This document shows positions 40,180 to 53,728 of a stretch of 64,000 nucleotides of DNA, piece after piece. Origin of the DNA: Raja brachyura. Its lineage: Eukaryota. Location: the NCBI GenBank assembly GCA_963514005.1, contig OY740799.1:17112001-17176000 (forward strand), written 5' to 3'. Both the position numbers and the translations under genes were made by a program. Each line of letters starts with the position of its first letter. Position 1 is the first letter of the stretch. The notes under the pieces are model-generated. The model had not been told where the DNA came from. It was given only the letters and a program-made list of their open reading frames with translations, and made no database searches.

Positions 40180-42529
40180 CTGTTACACACACAGTTTAAA
40201 TAGCAACACACACATGCAGGGAGATAATAACTTCTGGTCGAGAATTCCATACCCTAAAAACCCTGCTAAAAAAGGCATTGTTTTAGCCACTTCCTTCATT
40301 CCTATCGTGATGGATTTACACTGAAATGTGCAGGGGTTGTGACAGAAGACATTCAGCCAGACAAGTTTGTTTGGGCATTTAACCATCCCACACAGAACCA
40401 CATGTTTATAACACGTACATATATCCCACCAACCCTTCCCACCTCCCCCACTTCTCAATTCCTCTCCTTCCACGATATTAATTTTATGTTCAAAACATGT
40501 AAAATGTTTTTCCTTTTGTTTTGTTTTAATGTCTTTTCTCAACTTGTCTTCTCTTGTTGCCTTATTTTATCTGTTTAACTGCATTCCCACACACATAATT
40601 GATAATTCTTGTTAGGTCCAATTGTTTTTCCTTCAACATCCCAAAATTAATTATAATTTTCTTTTTTTTTAAATGGAACATACTTATTAACAGAATCATA
40701 GTGTGGTAGAGCACAGACAAAGAGCATTTAGCACATCATGGCTGTCTACTCTGTGAAAGAGCCACCCAGTTAATCTCACTTTCCTCAATGGCATATAATT
40801 ATTTTCATTAATTTTCTTCCTGAAATAAATCATTTAATCTATTTTTGTCACATTTTCAGGCTGTGCATTCCCAATCACTACAACTTGCTTTGTCCAAAAC
40901 GGTTTCCTCCCGTTGCCTGCTACTTCCACTAATCATTTTAAATCTCCAAGCAACCTCCTATCTATTTTTATCTGTTATGCCAACAAAGAATTTGTAATTT
41001 TTCAATGCCCCCATAAAATCTCTTATTTTTTCGGAATTGAACACTATGCCCATAGCCAATTGTATGTGCAATTGTGTATGTGTTACAATGGTTTACCATT
41101 ACATCTTTTTATTTGTTATCTACTCTACCGCCAATGTAGCCAAGAGATCCTTGGCCTAGAAATTGATCTTCAGCATTTTTCTGACATTGGTGCAGGTCAC
41201 CCTAATGCTGTTTGTGAAAGTCACATGAAAACCCAGAACTTTAATCGTCAGGTAGAACCGCGCTGAAACTGAGTTTATTGTTTTTAGTGATGTGTTACAA
41301 GTTCTCACATTTGTCAAAATGTAGCAAGCAGGTGTGACGATGGAAGCACCACTCAACACTCTTCCGCTGCTGAATGAATGGATGCTGCATTGATGGACGG
41401 AGGTGAGAAAGTGTTTTTACAGGACGAGAAGGACCTGGACAAGCTGGTGAGGAACATACCCACCTCTGGTGGTCCTTTTTCTATGGGAGCCAAAGGGGCT
41501 ACCTAGTACAACGGTCAGGAATTCCTAGCAAATGTATGCCACAAAAAGGTTTAGGGAGAACAATAATCCATTTGAAAGATGAAGAAATCAAATTTCCCGA
41601 CAAATGCTACGATTGATTTCTGAGATGTAAAGATTAGCTTGTGAGGAAATATTAAGCAGGAGGTGTATATACTGATTGGAATTTAGAAAAATGAAAGGCA
41701 GTCCCGTTGAAATATATAAGATTCTGATGATCTGTTTCCCATGGCCAGAGAGTGTAGAACAAGAGGGCCTTGTCTCAGGAGAAAGGGCTGAGATAAAATG
41801 TTTTTTATTCCTCCGAGGCTTTTGAATGGTGTAGAATTTTCTGCTCGAGAGCGCTGTGGACATGAGTTGTTGTGTCTATTCACTGGCTGAGTCAGCTTTA
41901 TTTTTTAACAACAAATGCATATGAGAGTGAATTAATAGTGGACAAGGTAAAAGACCAGGCATAATCATGAAGAAAAACAGAGGAGACAGAGATGTTTCAA
42001 GGCCTGTACCTGGTCTTGTTTACTTTCTTAAACTATGGCTCCGCAGTCCAGTTAATCAATAACTCTCTCCACCTCACAACCACCAACATGTCTTTATACA
42101 TAAGTCTGCCCAAAACTCATCCTATCTTCCAGTTTTTGTACAAATATTTTTCCCTTTCCATTTGGATTTTAAACCTAGTACTGTGGTCACTGTCTTAATC
42201 TAGTTCATCTACAAAATCCATTTTATTAGTTCTAGTGACGTCTTTGTCCTCGTGGGCTGAATAACACATTGCTGGAGGGAGAAAATCTTTATGTAATTTA
42301 GGAATGTCATTCCTAATTCTTTACTAACTTGCTTTCTGCCCAGTGAGAAAGAATCATTAAAAATTTCTAGTCACAACAATTTGATTATTTTTTACTCGTC
42401 TTTCTAATTACACTTACTCGTCTTTCTAATTAGACTAGGTTCCGTTCACTTTCTTTCAATTGGAGGAGGTGTTAATGCCATTACTGTAACAAGATGATTT
42501 AAGCTTTGTGTTAATATTGACTTTGCATC

Positions 42530-42820
42530 AGTTTAGTTTATAGATAGAGCATGGAAACAGTCCTGCGGCTCACCAAGTCCCCGCCGACCAACGATGACCC
42601 GTACACTAGTTCAATCCTCCACTCTAGGGGCAATTTACAGTGGCCAATTAACCTACAAACTTGCACGTCTTTGGAATGTGGTAGGAAACCGTAGCATCCG
42701 GTGAAAACGCATGCGGTCACTGGGAGAACGTGTAAACGCCATACAGATAGCACCCATAGTCACAATCAAACCATGGTCTCCGGCGCTGTAAGGCAGCAAC
42801 TCTACCATTATGCCACCCAC
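42530..42820 (-). mobile_element. V-SINE (HE1-like)
   Basis: Same family as 6146-6415. Confidence 0.82.
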
Positions 42821-44174
42821 TTAATTTCCATGTCTATTCCCATCTTTTCTCTTAGTTACTCATATTGATACAGAATCTCTTTTTTTGTTTTGTTTTCCAC
42901 CTAAAATATATTGGCTGAATTGTCTCAGTTGAGTGTGTTCTGTTGGATCTTTCAATGCCCATTACTCAATGCTCTCCCTATATATGAATTAATGTGGCAC
43001 AGATGGTTGGGTCTATTTCGCCCTGGGCCTCCCAAATCGGAAGTGAGACAGGCATAGCAAGGTGTCAGCAGCTAGCTAGCATGCAGCTGGGACACAACCC
43101 CAGATATCCCGACAGCCCTTGACAGGAGACAAGGTCAGAGATTGGGTGTGGGGATGTATCTCTGTCTTCGGCTCTGTCATAAGTTATGCTCGGACTTTTT
43201 AATGTCTCAATAATTTGAAATATTACAAAAGGTAAAATAACTAGAGTATTTTCACATGCATTAAAACAATGAAATTATATAAAGTGAGTATAAATGAAAT
43301 AATTGAAAAAGGACTCGGATCCAACACTAGGTGTGACTGGTGTGAGATTACAGAAACACATTTGCTGGTTTTTGTCACTCAGCCCATCCATTACTAACGG
43401 TGGGTCTGCATCAGATCTGTGATTTACTTACCTGCAAGCAGTTGAACACTGAATTTCCTTTGAAGCTGGCCACAACCTGCTCAGTTCAGTCCATCGTATT
43501 TGTACATGCTCTTTTTGCCTTCACATCTTTAGTTATATATAGTTATTAAACAATGCAGCTTGAGGTTGGCCATTTGGCCCACAATATCTATATGAGATAT
43601 TTGGCTATTATAAACAATATCTATGGTATTAATCTTATTTTCTGCCCACTGTTCCTGAACCCCCTTTTAATTCCATTAAACTCTTCTTTCTTTTCAGCCG
43701 CCTTCTTAACTTAACATTCCGTGTTGTTAAATTCGATTTGCCCATTTCACTAGTCTTGCTTTGCTTGCCTGGTCTATTTTTGCTACTCGTTCCGTTCTCT
43801 AATTTATTTTCCATAGCTCAATTGCTCCTGGAACTGGTGCTGAAGTCCAAGAGTAAAATCTCCCTGACATCTCTCCTTTCACTAGGCAGTGTCATTTCTC
43901 ATTCATTTGCATGACTTGAAAAGTAACAACAGGATTCCCACCCATGAAGTCTATCATCTGAATGCATCCTCAAGTACTTTGGACCTTTTTTTTTTAAACC
44001 AGTGACTGACCCCACATGAAATTGGGTAATTAGTACCACATGAACACCAATAACAATCTCAAACTACCACCTAGCAACACACATCTACCCACCATGTTGT
44101 TCTATATGGAATCCCCGCTCCATTTAATAAACCCTTCTGTATAGGACTCATATCATTCACTGCCTGGATCATAC

Positions 44175-44495
44175 CCTGGAGCTGAGTAACCTCTTCGGAG
44201 TTTTTCTTCTGTCGACTGTCACTTTTCATCTGTATCTCTGCTCGGAGTGTGGTGATCTCCAGCTCATACTCCACTGTTGTCTGCTGAAGGTGTTCCAGCT
44301 CTGCCCGAATACGACATAGCTCCTCCTGCAACGTTGCAATCTCATTTTCCCGTTCTCCCGCTGCCTCCTCGGCTGCCTGACGTAGATTCACAATCTCCTC
44401 CTGTGCGCAGTGAAGTTCCTCATGTGCTTCTGTCAGCTCACTCTCCTTCTCTTCCTCCAAGCTCTCAATCTCCTCCTGGACGGACCGAAGCTGCA
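44175..44495 (-). CDS. CCDC136: CCDC136-like coiled-coil exon (VQLRSVQEEIESLEEEKESEL...EEVTQLQ)
   Basis: 321 nt, tgtcctattcag| ... G|gtatga, phase 1/1; matches CCDC136 [20 protein letters not shown]...LRQAAED...IASLQEDLCR...YEMEIASLRAE. Confidence 0.92.
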
Positions 44496-44944
44496 CTGAA
44501 TAGGACAAAGCAGATATCTATAAGTATAGGATAAGACTCTATATCTATAAGAGTCTGCTGCTTTTGTTAAAGAAACAGATTTGAGTTCAGTCATTTCAGC
44601 CAATACCTCTCAGCTAGTAGCATAATGCTATTCTAACCAATGGAGCAGAAACTCCTTGTTCTCAGACAGCAAACAAGGGAGAATGGATTGTGTAAGAAGG
44701 GTCTTGAACCAAAACGTCATCCATTCCTTCTCCCTAGAGATGTTGCCTGCCTGCTGAGTTACATTTTGTGTCTATCTAACGGAGAATGGAATACAGGGCT
44801 ACTCAAATAGAATTAGATGAGAAAAGATGAGAGGCTCAAGTGGATCATAAATTGATTGGTTGAGCAGAACACCCGAGTCTTTGCCGTACATCCCTTATAA
44901 TCCCATATGCTCAATTAGACAGTAGCACTGTTGAAAATGTAAGT

Positions 44945-46690
44945 CAAGGGTCGAGAGTGTTTCATTGTCATATGTCCCGAGAACAATGACATTTTTATTT
45001 GCAGCAGCACAACAGACAAGTAAACATAGTACTCTGTAAGCACCATAATAAACAACAAAAACATTTAATATATAAAAACAAACAAATAATAATAGTGCAA
45101 CAACAAAATAATGCCCCCACGTCTATGTAGTTCAGAGCATAGTTGGAGGTTGTAGTGTTTAATAGCTGGTTGTTGGGAAGAAGCTGCTCCTGAACTTGGA
45201 TGTGACAGTTTTCAGGTTCGCATACCTTCTTCCCGATGGCAGGAGTGAAATGAGGGTGTGGCCAGGGTGGTGTGGGTCCATAATGATGCTGGCTGCCTTT
45301 TTGAGGCAGCTCCTCCTTAGATCTTTTGATGGTGGGGAGGTCAGTTCCAGTGATGGACTTGGCCATGTTCACCAGTTTTTGCAAACATTCTCCTTCCTGG
45401 GTATTGGAGTTGCTGAACCAGGGCGTGATGTGACCAGTCAGTATGCAATTAACTGTACAATCTATTCCATTCCTTGGAGCACAGGAGGTTGATGGGTGAT
45501 CTTATAAAGGTGTACGAAATCATGAGATCATACCCAGAGTAGGGGAATCTAGGACCAGATGACACACGTTCAAGGTGAAGGGGAAAAGATTTAATAAGAA
45601 TCTGAGGGGTGACTTTTTCATACAAAGGGTGGTGGGTGTATGGAACATGCTGCCAGATGAGGTAGTTGAGGCTGGGACTATCCCAATGTTTAAGAAACAG
45701 TTAGACAGGTACATGCATAGGACAGGTGTGGAGGGCAGGTCCAAGCGCAGGCCAGTGGGACTAGTGTAGCTGGGGCATGTTGGTCGGTGTGGGCAAGTTT
45801 GGCCGAAGGGCCTGTTTCCACTCTGTATCACTCTATCATGACTATGGCTCTATCTGCAGAAGTTCAAGAGAGTATTCATCGACATACCAAATCTGAATAA
45901 TCTTCCAAGGGAGTAGAGGTGCTGATGAGCTTTCTTTATGATTTCATCAGTGTGCTGTGTTCAGGACAGATCTTCAATTTGAAATTGTTGATTCGCTCCA
46001 CTACTGTCCCATCAATGAAGACAGGTAGGTGCATCCTCGGCCTTTCTCTTCTAAATTCAACAATCGGTTCCTTGGTTTTACTGACGTTGAGAACAATATT
46101 GTTTTTCTGGCACCAATCGGTCAGTCAATCGATCTCCCTCCTATATTTTGACTCATCATCATCTGTAATTCGTCCAACAATGGTAGTGTCATCGGCGAAT
46201 TTAAAGATGCAGTTGGAACTGTGTCTGGTTACATGGTCATGGGTATAGAGTGGGTGGAGCAGAAGGCTGAGCACACCGCCTTGAGGAGCTCCTGTGCTTA
46301 TGGTTATCAAGTTGCTGCCAACCCGTACAGATCGTGTTCTGTTAAAGGGGAAGTCGAGGATCCAGCTGCAGAGGGATACACAGAAACCCAGTTCCCTAAG
46401 CTTAGCAAACAGTTTGGAGGGGATAATAGTGTTGAACAGCAAGCTGTAGTCAATGAACAACAGCCTGATATATGTGTTTTATTGTCCAAGTGGTCCAGTG
46501 CAGAGTGGAGAGCCAGCAAGATCACATCCACCGTTGCCATGTTGTGGCGGTAGGCAAGTTGTAGTGGGTCCTGGTTCTTGTTGAGGTAGGAGTTGACATA
46601 TGCCATAATCAACATCTCAAAACACTTCATCACCACGCAAGGATATTAGTACCACCGGTCGGTAGTCATTGAAGCATGTCACCTTACTCT
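44945..46690 (-). mobile_element. Rex1/Babar-like LINE with a nested sense CR1 3' fragment (~45460-45850)
   Basis: FIDYSLLFNTIIPSKL...TGAPQGGVLS...FKFADDTTIVG; VMKCFEML; the CR1 tail inside is in the opposite orientation. Confidence 0.87.
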
Positions 46691-46789
46691 TTGTGTTATT
46701 ATTATTGTTGTGAATGCACTATATGAATGGAGATCTTTCTCGAGTAATATAATTGAAAAGTTGGGAAATTATGCTAAGCTGGTGTCATA

Positions 46790-47310
46790 TAGTCAGAGTT
46801 ATACAGCACAGAAACAGGCCCTTCCGCCTAACTTGTCCATGCCAACTCAATTGTCTACCTGAACTAGTCCCATTTGCCTGTGTTTTGCCCATATCACTCT
46901 ATACCTATCCAAATGGCTTTTAAATGCTGTAACTGAAACTGCTTCTGCAACTTTGTCAGCTCTTTTCACATGCCCACTACCGTCTGTGTAAAAAGGTGCC
47001 CCTCTATCCCTTTTTAAAGTCTTTCCTTTCTCACGAATCCATGTCCTCTAGTTTTAGACTTCTCCACCTTGGGGAAATGATTGTTTTTATTTGGCATATA
47101 TATTCCACTATGATTTTATACACGTCTATAAGATCCCCCCTCTGCCTTCATGATCCATAGAAAAAAGACCCAGCCTATCCAGCCACTTCTTATAACTCTA
47201 GTCATCCAGACTCGGCAACATCCTTGTAAATCTTTTGTACACCGTTTCCATGTTAATGGCATCCTTCCTATAGATGGGTGACCAGAACTGCACTAAATAT
47301 TCCAAATGCT
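46790..47310 (-). mobile_element. Older CR1 LINE 3' fragment
   Basis: gggtgaccagaactgcac... and 3'UTR similarity to other copies. Confidence 0.75.
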
Positions 47311-47704
47311 GCACCATCCCAGACATGACTTGAACAAACAACTCCAGGCTTGGGATGTCAATGTCTTATCCACTAGGTCATTAGAGCTGGTGTTTATAAT
47401 CACACATGGAATAACACATACGATCATAGATGCAATGGAGAGAATGCAGAGAAGATTTAAGGGAATACCAGAAATGTGAAGTTATCTGTATCAGGAAAGA
47501 TTTCCACTCAGTTCCAGTGAGCTCATCTTTTATAGAACTAGTTTTGTACCTTTCTCATCCAAACATTAGGCATGCTGCCCACGACGGTATTCACTAGCCA
47601 GCTGAGGCCATTCAGCACTCACACACCCTCTATCATTTTGTGCCACATTGCCTCGTTATGAATGCAAGGAGTTTATTAGCTTATCAGCTGAGTTCACATA
47701 CTCT

Positions 47705-48640
47705 ACATAGATACATAGACAATTAGTGCAGAAGTAGGCCATTCATCCCTTCGAGCCAGCACCGCCATTCAATGTGATCACTGTTGATCATCCACAATCA
47801 GTACCCCGTTCCTGCCTCCCCATATCCCTTGATTCTGCTAGCCCTAGGAGCTCTAACTGTTTTGAATGCACCAAGTGAATCAGCCTCCACTGCCTTCTAA
47901 GGCAGAGAATTCCACAAATTCACAAGTCTGTGTGAAAAAGTTTTTCCTCATCTCAGTTCTAAATGGCCTACCCCTTATTCTTAAACTATGCCCCCTGGTT
48001 CTGGACACTCCCAACATCAGGAACATGTTTCCTGCATCTAGCATGTCCAATCTCTTAATAATTTTACATGTTTCTATATGATCCCCTCTCATCCTTCTAA
48101 ATTCCAGTGAATTCAAGCCCAGTCGCTCCATTCTTTCATCATATGTCAGTCCTGCCATCCCGGGAATTAACCTCATGACCCTACGCTGCACTCCCTCAAT
48201 AGCAAGAATGTCCTTCCTCAAATTAGGAGACCAAAACTGCACACAATACTCCAGATGTGATCTCACCGGGGCCCTTAACAACTGCAGAAGGACCTCTTTG
48301 CTCCTATACTCAACTCCTCTCGTTATGAAGGCCAACATGCCATTAGCTTTCTTCACTGCCTGCTGTACCAGCATGCTTACTTTCAGTGACTGATGTACAA
48401 AGACACCCAGGTCTCATTGTACTTCCCATTTTCCTAACCTGACACCATTCAGATAAAAATCTGCCTTCCTGTTCTTGCCACCAAAGTGGATAACCTCACA
48501 TTTATCCACATTATACTGCATCTGCCATGCATCTGCCCACTTACCCAATCTGACCAAGTAACCCTGCATCCTCATAGAATCCTCTTCACAGTTCACACTG
48601 CCACACTGCAAATTTGCTAATGTTACTTTTATTTCCTTCA
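47705..48640 (-). mobile_element. CR1 LINE 3' fragment
   Basis: ORFs 47880-48374 and 48414-48641 (WQMQYNVDKCEVIHFG; HLEYCVQFWSP). Confidence 0.9.
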
Positions 48641-48820
48641 TCTATTAATTGAGAATGAGGAATCTACATTTATGCCAGGCCTCCAGCCACACTGCTGGGC
48701 TCTGCTCATATCCTCATATGGCATTGCACTTCTCTGCTTCGTATTGTTTAACCCAAGCCTCAGTCACCGTGGTATGTTTGCGTTCTACAGCACAGCTCAA
48801 ACCCAAGAACTGTCACTCAC

Positions 48821-48895
48821 CTTGGAGACGCTGGATCTGTTTGGCAAAGTTTTCAGTCTGTTGCACATTGACCAATCGTTGTTCCTCCAGCAATC
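48821..48895 (-). CDS. CCDC136: CCDC136-like exon (RLLEEQRLVNVQQTENFAKQIQRLQ)
   Basis: 75 nt, actgcag| ... G|gtgagt, phase 1/1; matches CCDC136 [25 protein letters not shown]. Confidence 0.9.
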
Positions 48896-50023
48896 CTGCA
48901 GTGTTTGGAAAGGCAAGAGGTTGATATGACAGCGGCTAAATACATCGTGAATCTCCCTCTACACTCTTCCACTGAACATAGCCAGGGGAGGTAGAAGGGT
49001 AAAGCTCACCAGAGTGTTCCAAAAAGCAGGATGGCAGTGGGAGCTGAGGTCATGGACCTGCAACATTGACTCTATTCTCTACTCACAGATGCTGCCTGAC
49101 CTGTTGAATATTTCCAGCAATTTTAATATTTGCAAGAAAATGTAGGGAGCTATGAAGAAATAACAAGGGTTAATTGGCTGAGTAGGGACATAGCACATGA
49201 AATACAAAGTGGGAAAGTGGAAGAAAAAAGTAGAAATGTTGCTTTAATTTTTTTTAATTGGGTGTTGAAAAGATCTGCTGTTCAGAAATACTTGGACCAG
49301 TTTACACAAACCCTATGTGTAGGTTCAGCAAATCAGTAGGAAGGCAAATGGTATGTTGCCCCTTTTACAAGAGGTTTAAGTGCAGGAGCAAAAAACGTTC
49401 ATCCCGCAATTACAAGGGCAATTTGTGAGTTCAACTTCTCCAGATGCCTTTGTGATACTATATGTTTTCAGTTAGATATAATGCTATGGCCCAAAGGATG
49501 TAAAAGTGACGTCTCTTGCAGTCCCATATTGAGAAAGCAGGTCCTTCACTTTCCCTGTTTCTTCTGTCTGAATGTGCTGAAAGCTCCTAACATGACTAAT
49601 ACTCAAAATTGTAATGTCTTCTTATGAGAACAGACTCAATTTTCCTCACCTCTGACATTTATATATGCTATATGATGCTCCAAACATCCTGATATTTCTT
49701 CCCTACTGACTCCCCAACATGTCTCCCCAATACTTGAAACTGTCCATAAAAACCCTACATCTCCAAGTCTCATTCCTATATCCAACTCCCTGACCACCTT
49801 ATGTCAGTTCCTTCCGTCTATGCCTTGCCCCTCCAGCACAGCATGTCAAAAACTGATTCCCACAACTCCCCACCAGTGCTCAGCTTCACACCAATCAGGA
49901 CTATTCTTGCCAACCCTAAAACCCCCGTCTCATTCCTAGGACTGAGCATGGAATGCAGAACATCTGGCCTCACAACCCCCCCCTCCCCAAAAAAAACCAC
50001 TTTCCTTTATGAAATCCACTTAC

Positions 50024-51973
50024 TTTGTAAGTCCAAATAGCTCCTCTGGTGCCGGGCTGCTTGTTCCCGAGACTCCTCCAATTCCTTCCGTAGCTGCTTA
50101 ATCTGCAACCTCAATTCATCCAATTCCAACATACAAAGCACATTGTTGCACGATTTAGGACTAGATGACCTCATGCTACATATTTCTGGTTTGCTTAATA
50201 GTTGGTCGTAAGACTTATGGAAACGTGCCATCATATCACAAAGTTCTAGATTAGCTGATATCACTGTAGATACTTTAGGATCAGTTGAGTTGATCTCAGC
50301 TGTTTTGGTAACAGATAACGCATCCTCACCTGGTTTAGGAATAGCTAACATGATCCCAGGAACCTTAGGAGCAATGCATCTAATGTCAGATGTCTTGGGA
50401 GCAGCTGACTTGATCTCGGAAGATTTGGGATCAGCTGCTTTGGTCTCAGACATGTTGAATACAGCGGACTTGATCTCAGAAACTTTGGAAGAAGCTGGCG
50501 TGACCTTGGAAAGTTCGGGATCAGTTGTTTTGGTCTCAGATATGTTAAGTGCAGATAACTTGACGTCAGATGCCTTGGGAGCAGCTGAATTGACCTCATA
50601 TTCCTGGGAAGCAACTGACTTAACTTCTGCCTCATTGGGACCATCGGATTTGATTTTGTAATCAGTCGGCATGACTGACGTTATCTTAAAATCATTGAGA
50701 GCAGATAATGGGACCTCAAAAGGCTTGGGATCAGCTGCCTTGGTCACTGACCCATTAGAAGCCGTTGACTTGATCTCAGACAACTTGGTAGTGCTAGACT
50801 TGACCTCAGAAAGTTTGGAATCAGTAGATGTGACTTCAGATGGTTTGAGATCAGTTGACTTCACTTCAACCATCTTGGGGCCAGCCGACAATACCGTGGA
50901 TTGGTTAGGATCTATTAACCCTATTGTAGATGGTTTGAGAGGTGTTGATCTAACCTCAGATTGTTTAAGATCAACTGACGTGACCCTAGATGGTTTGGGA
51001 TCAGATAACTGAACTTCTGTTTGTCTGAGATCAACTGGTTTCACCATGGATTGTTCGAAATATGTTGGGCTGAATTCAGGCACAGATGAATCAGTTGGTT
51101 TGACCTCAGCTGGGATGAGATCAGCAGACTTGAATTCAGGCATTTTAAGATCAATTGACTTGGCGTTGTATGGTTTGGAATGTGTTGATTCAATTTCCAC
51201 TAATTTAGGATCAGCTGACTTAACTTCTGACTGTTTAGCATCAATTGCCTTGGCCTCAGATGATGTAGAATGAGTTGTCTTGATTTCAGATGGTTTGCAA
51301 TCTGCTAATTTGACTCCTGACACTTCAGAATCAATCATCTTGGCATCAAATGGTTTGGGAAAAACTGTTTTGATCTCGGGTGGTTTGGAATCTGCTAATT
51401 TGACCTCTGACACTTTAGGATCAATTGTCTTAATCTCAGATGCCTTGTGTTCAGCTAATTTGACCTCTATCACTTTGGGATCAATTGTCTTGATATCAGA
51501 TGATTTAGAACACTCATTTTCAGATGGTTTGAAATCAATTAATTTGATCTCTGAGGCATTAGAATCAACTGCCTTGATGTCAGGTGATTTAGGGCATGTT
51601 GAATTGATTTCAGATGGTTTGGGATTATCTGATTTGATCTCTGATATCATCTTAACCTCACATGGATTGGAATATGTTGACTTGACCTCAGAAGATGTGT
51701 GAACAATTGACCCGACCTCAGATGTCTCAGAATTAGTTGACATGACCATGGTTGGTGTGAGATCAGGTAATTTGACATCAGTTGACTTGGAATCAGGTGA
51801 ACTGATCTCAGGAGCCTTGAGATTCATTGAATTTACCTCCGATATTTTGAATGCTTCTGATTTCACCTCACAGATTGGAATATCAGGTGGCTTCATATTT
51901 GACTCTGGATCTCCTGAAGATGAGACATTTGTCGTTGATTCATTTGCCTTGTTGTCTGCAGACAGCACATCAC
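50024..51973 (-). CDS. CCDC136: CCDC136-like giant exon (1950 nt): ~55 decapeptide repeats followed by the first conserved coiled coil (ELDELRLQIKQLRKELEESREQAARHQRSYLDLQ)
   Basis: 659-codon ORF; acceptor tttgttttacatag| at 51974-51975, donor A|gtaagt at 50022-50023, phase 1/1. Its C-terminal end matches CCDC136 [34 protein letters not shown] (from memory). Confidence 0.88.
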
Positions 51974-52547
51974 CTATGTAAAACAAATGTTGATAAAAAA
52001 TAAACCCAATGTAGAAAACACGATCAAAGGAGATACAGCGCCAGAAACCGATTCAACAGAACCTCTAAAGTGTTCGCCCTTGTGTGTCAGTGTGCTCAGT
52101 GTTGCCCCTGGCTGAGTGGAGAACACAGGACCAGATTCTCACTGCACAATGAGCACAGAGCCTATCTCTTCTACATAGTGTGCCACAAGCCCAGAGTCAA
52201 CCCAGTTCTGGTCACCATGACCTGACCACCCATCATTCAATAGACCATGTTCCATGCCATTTGTCACTCACTCCCCAATGTTCCGACTGTCCGTTCCTCA
52301 TGGACAATGTGTCAAAGACTGCATTTCTCAGCATGTCATGTCCAGAGCCCCTTCTCTCACTGGTCTGTGCTCCAATGCTGTTGTTTACACAACTGAGGCC
52401 AGTATCAACCCTGATTGGACGGCATGCCCAGAGCACATATTTCATGGGACATGCACTGAGTTTATTCACCGTGCAAAACATGCCGAAAGGCTGATTGTCA
52501 CTGGACTGTGTGCTCAGAACCACCCCTCAATACATAATTTCTCTCTA

Positions 52548-52935
52548 GGGTGGCACAGTGGAAGAGTTGCTGCCTTAGATCACCAGAGACCCAGGTTCGA
52601 TCCTGACCTTGGGCACCATCTGTACGGAGTTTGTACGTTCTCCCTGTGACCGCATGGGTTTCCCTTTGGACGCTCCAGTTTCCTCCCACATTCCTAAGAC
52701 TTACAGGTTTATAGGTTAAATGTGTAGGAAGGAACCGCAGATGCTGGCGTATACCAGAGATCGACGCAAAATGCTGGAATAACTCAGCGGGTCAGGCAGC
52801 AACTCTGGAGAAAAGGAATAGGTGACGTTTTGGGTGGAAACCCGGGTATGAAGAAGGGTTCTGACCTGAAACATCACCTATTCCTTTTCTCCAGAAATGC
52901 TGCCTGATCCGCTGAGTAATTCCAAAATCCTTGTG
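52548..52935 (+). mobile_element. V-SINE 5' part followed by a palindromic element (~52722-52935)
   Basis: gggtggcacagtggaagagttgctgcc...ggttcgatcc; then inverted arms around gggtatgaagaaggg. Confidence 0.8.
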
Positions 52936-53668
52936 TAAGGAAGGCCAACATATGTATTGTCCTCCATATGGTTGTCCTCCATATGCACCTAGATGTTAGC
53001 CTTCAGTGACCTTTGCACAAACACAAGTAGGTCCCCAATTTCTCACATTTAACACTGTTTTTCAGTTATGTACATCTCAATGGATAGTGTAATTCTCCCC
53101 CACACATTATTGTTTATGTCACATCCTCCCACATTTATTCAACTTGTCCATGACCTCTTAAACCCTCATTCCATCTTCCTTCATACTCATAATCTCACCT
53201 GCTTGAGCATCATGAGCAATGATGTTTCATACCCTCAGGACAATCATTGATATAGATTGTGAATAGCTGAGGTTCAATTAGATTTAGCAATTTTCATAAC
53301 ATGAGAAGCATCTATAGATTCCTTGCATTCTGCCTAACAATCACTAGTCAATCTATGTAGTGCATTATTATTATGTATTCCATCACACTCCTAATGTTTA
53401 GATGATGGAAAGGTCTGTGGGTGTCATGAGGTGAGCCACAAACCACAGGTGGTTCAGCCTTTGATCTGCTCCTAAATTCACGTATTTATGAGCTTGCTCC
53501 AGTTGAGCTTCTGGTACTTGGTGACTCCCAGGATGCTGATAGTGAGAATGGCTGGATGGAGCAGCTATCGTTGCATTCCATTCCTATACTATACTCTCTA
53601 CTATCAGGAGACACCTCAAACCAGTAGAGAGAGATAACACCAATCCTGTCTCTGCAGAATAAGCTCAC

Positions 53669-53728
53669 CAATATTAGCATCCTCTCTGAGCCCATCATAG
53701 CTGGCATTAAGGCTCTTCACTGAACCAG
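53669..53728 (-). CDS. CCDC136: CCDC136-like 60-nt exon (GSVKSLNASYDGLREDANI)
   Basis: tctactttgcag| ... G|gtgagc, phase 1/1, open frame. Confidence 0.6.

Noticed and set aside
50290-51981. Series of plus-strand ORFs (75-140 aa) opposite the giant exon
   Set aside because: Antisense shadows of the repetitive coding exon; broken by stops and without independent signals.
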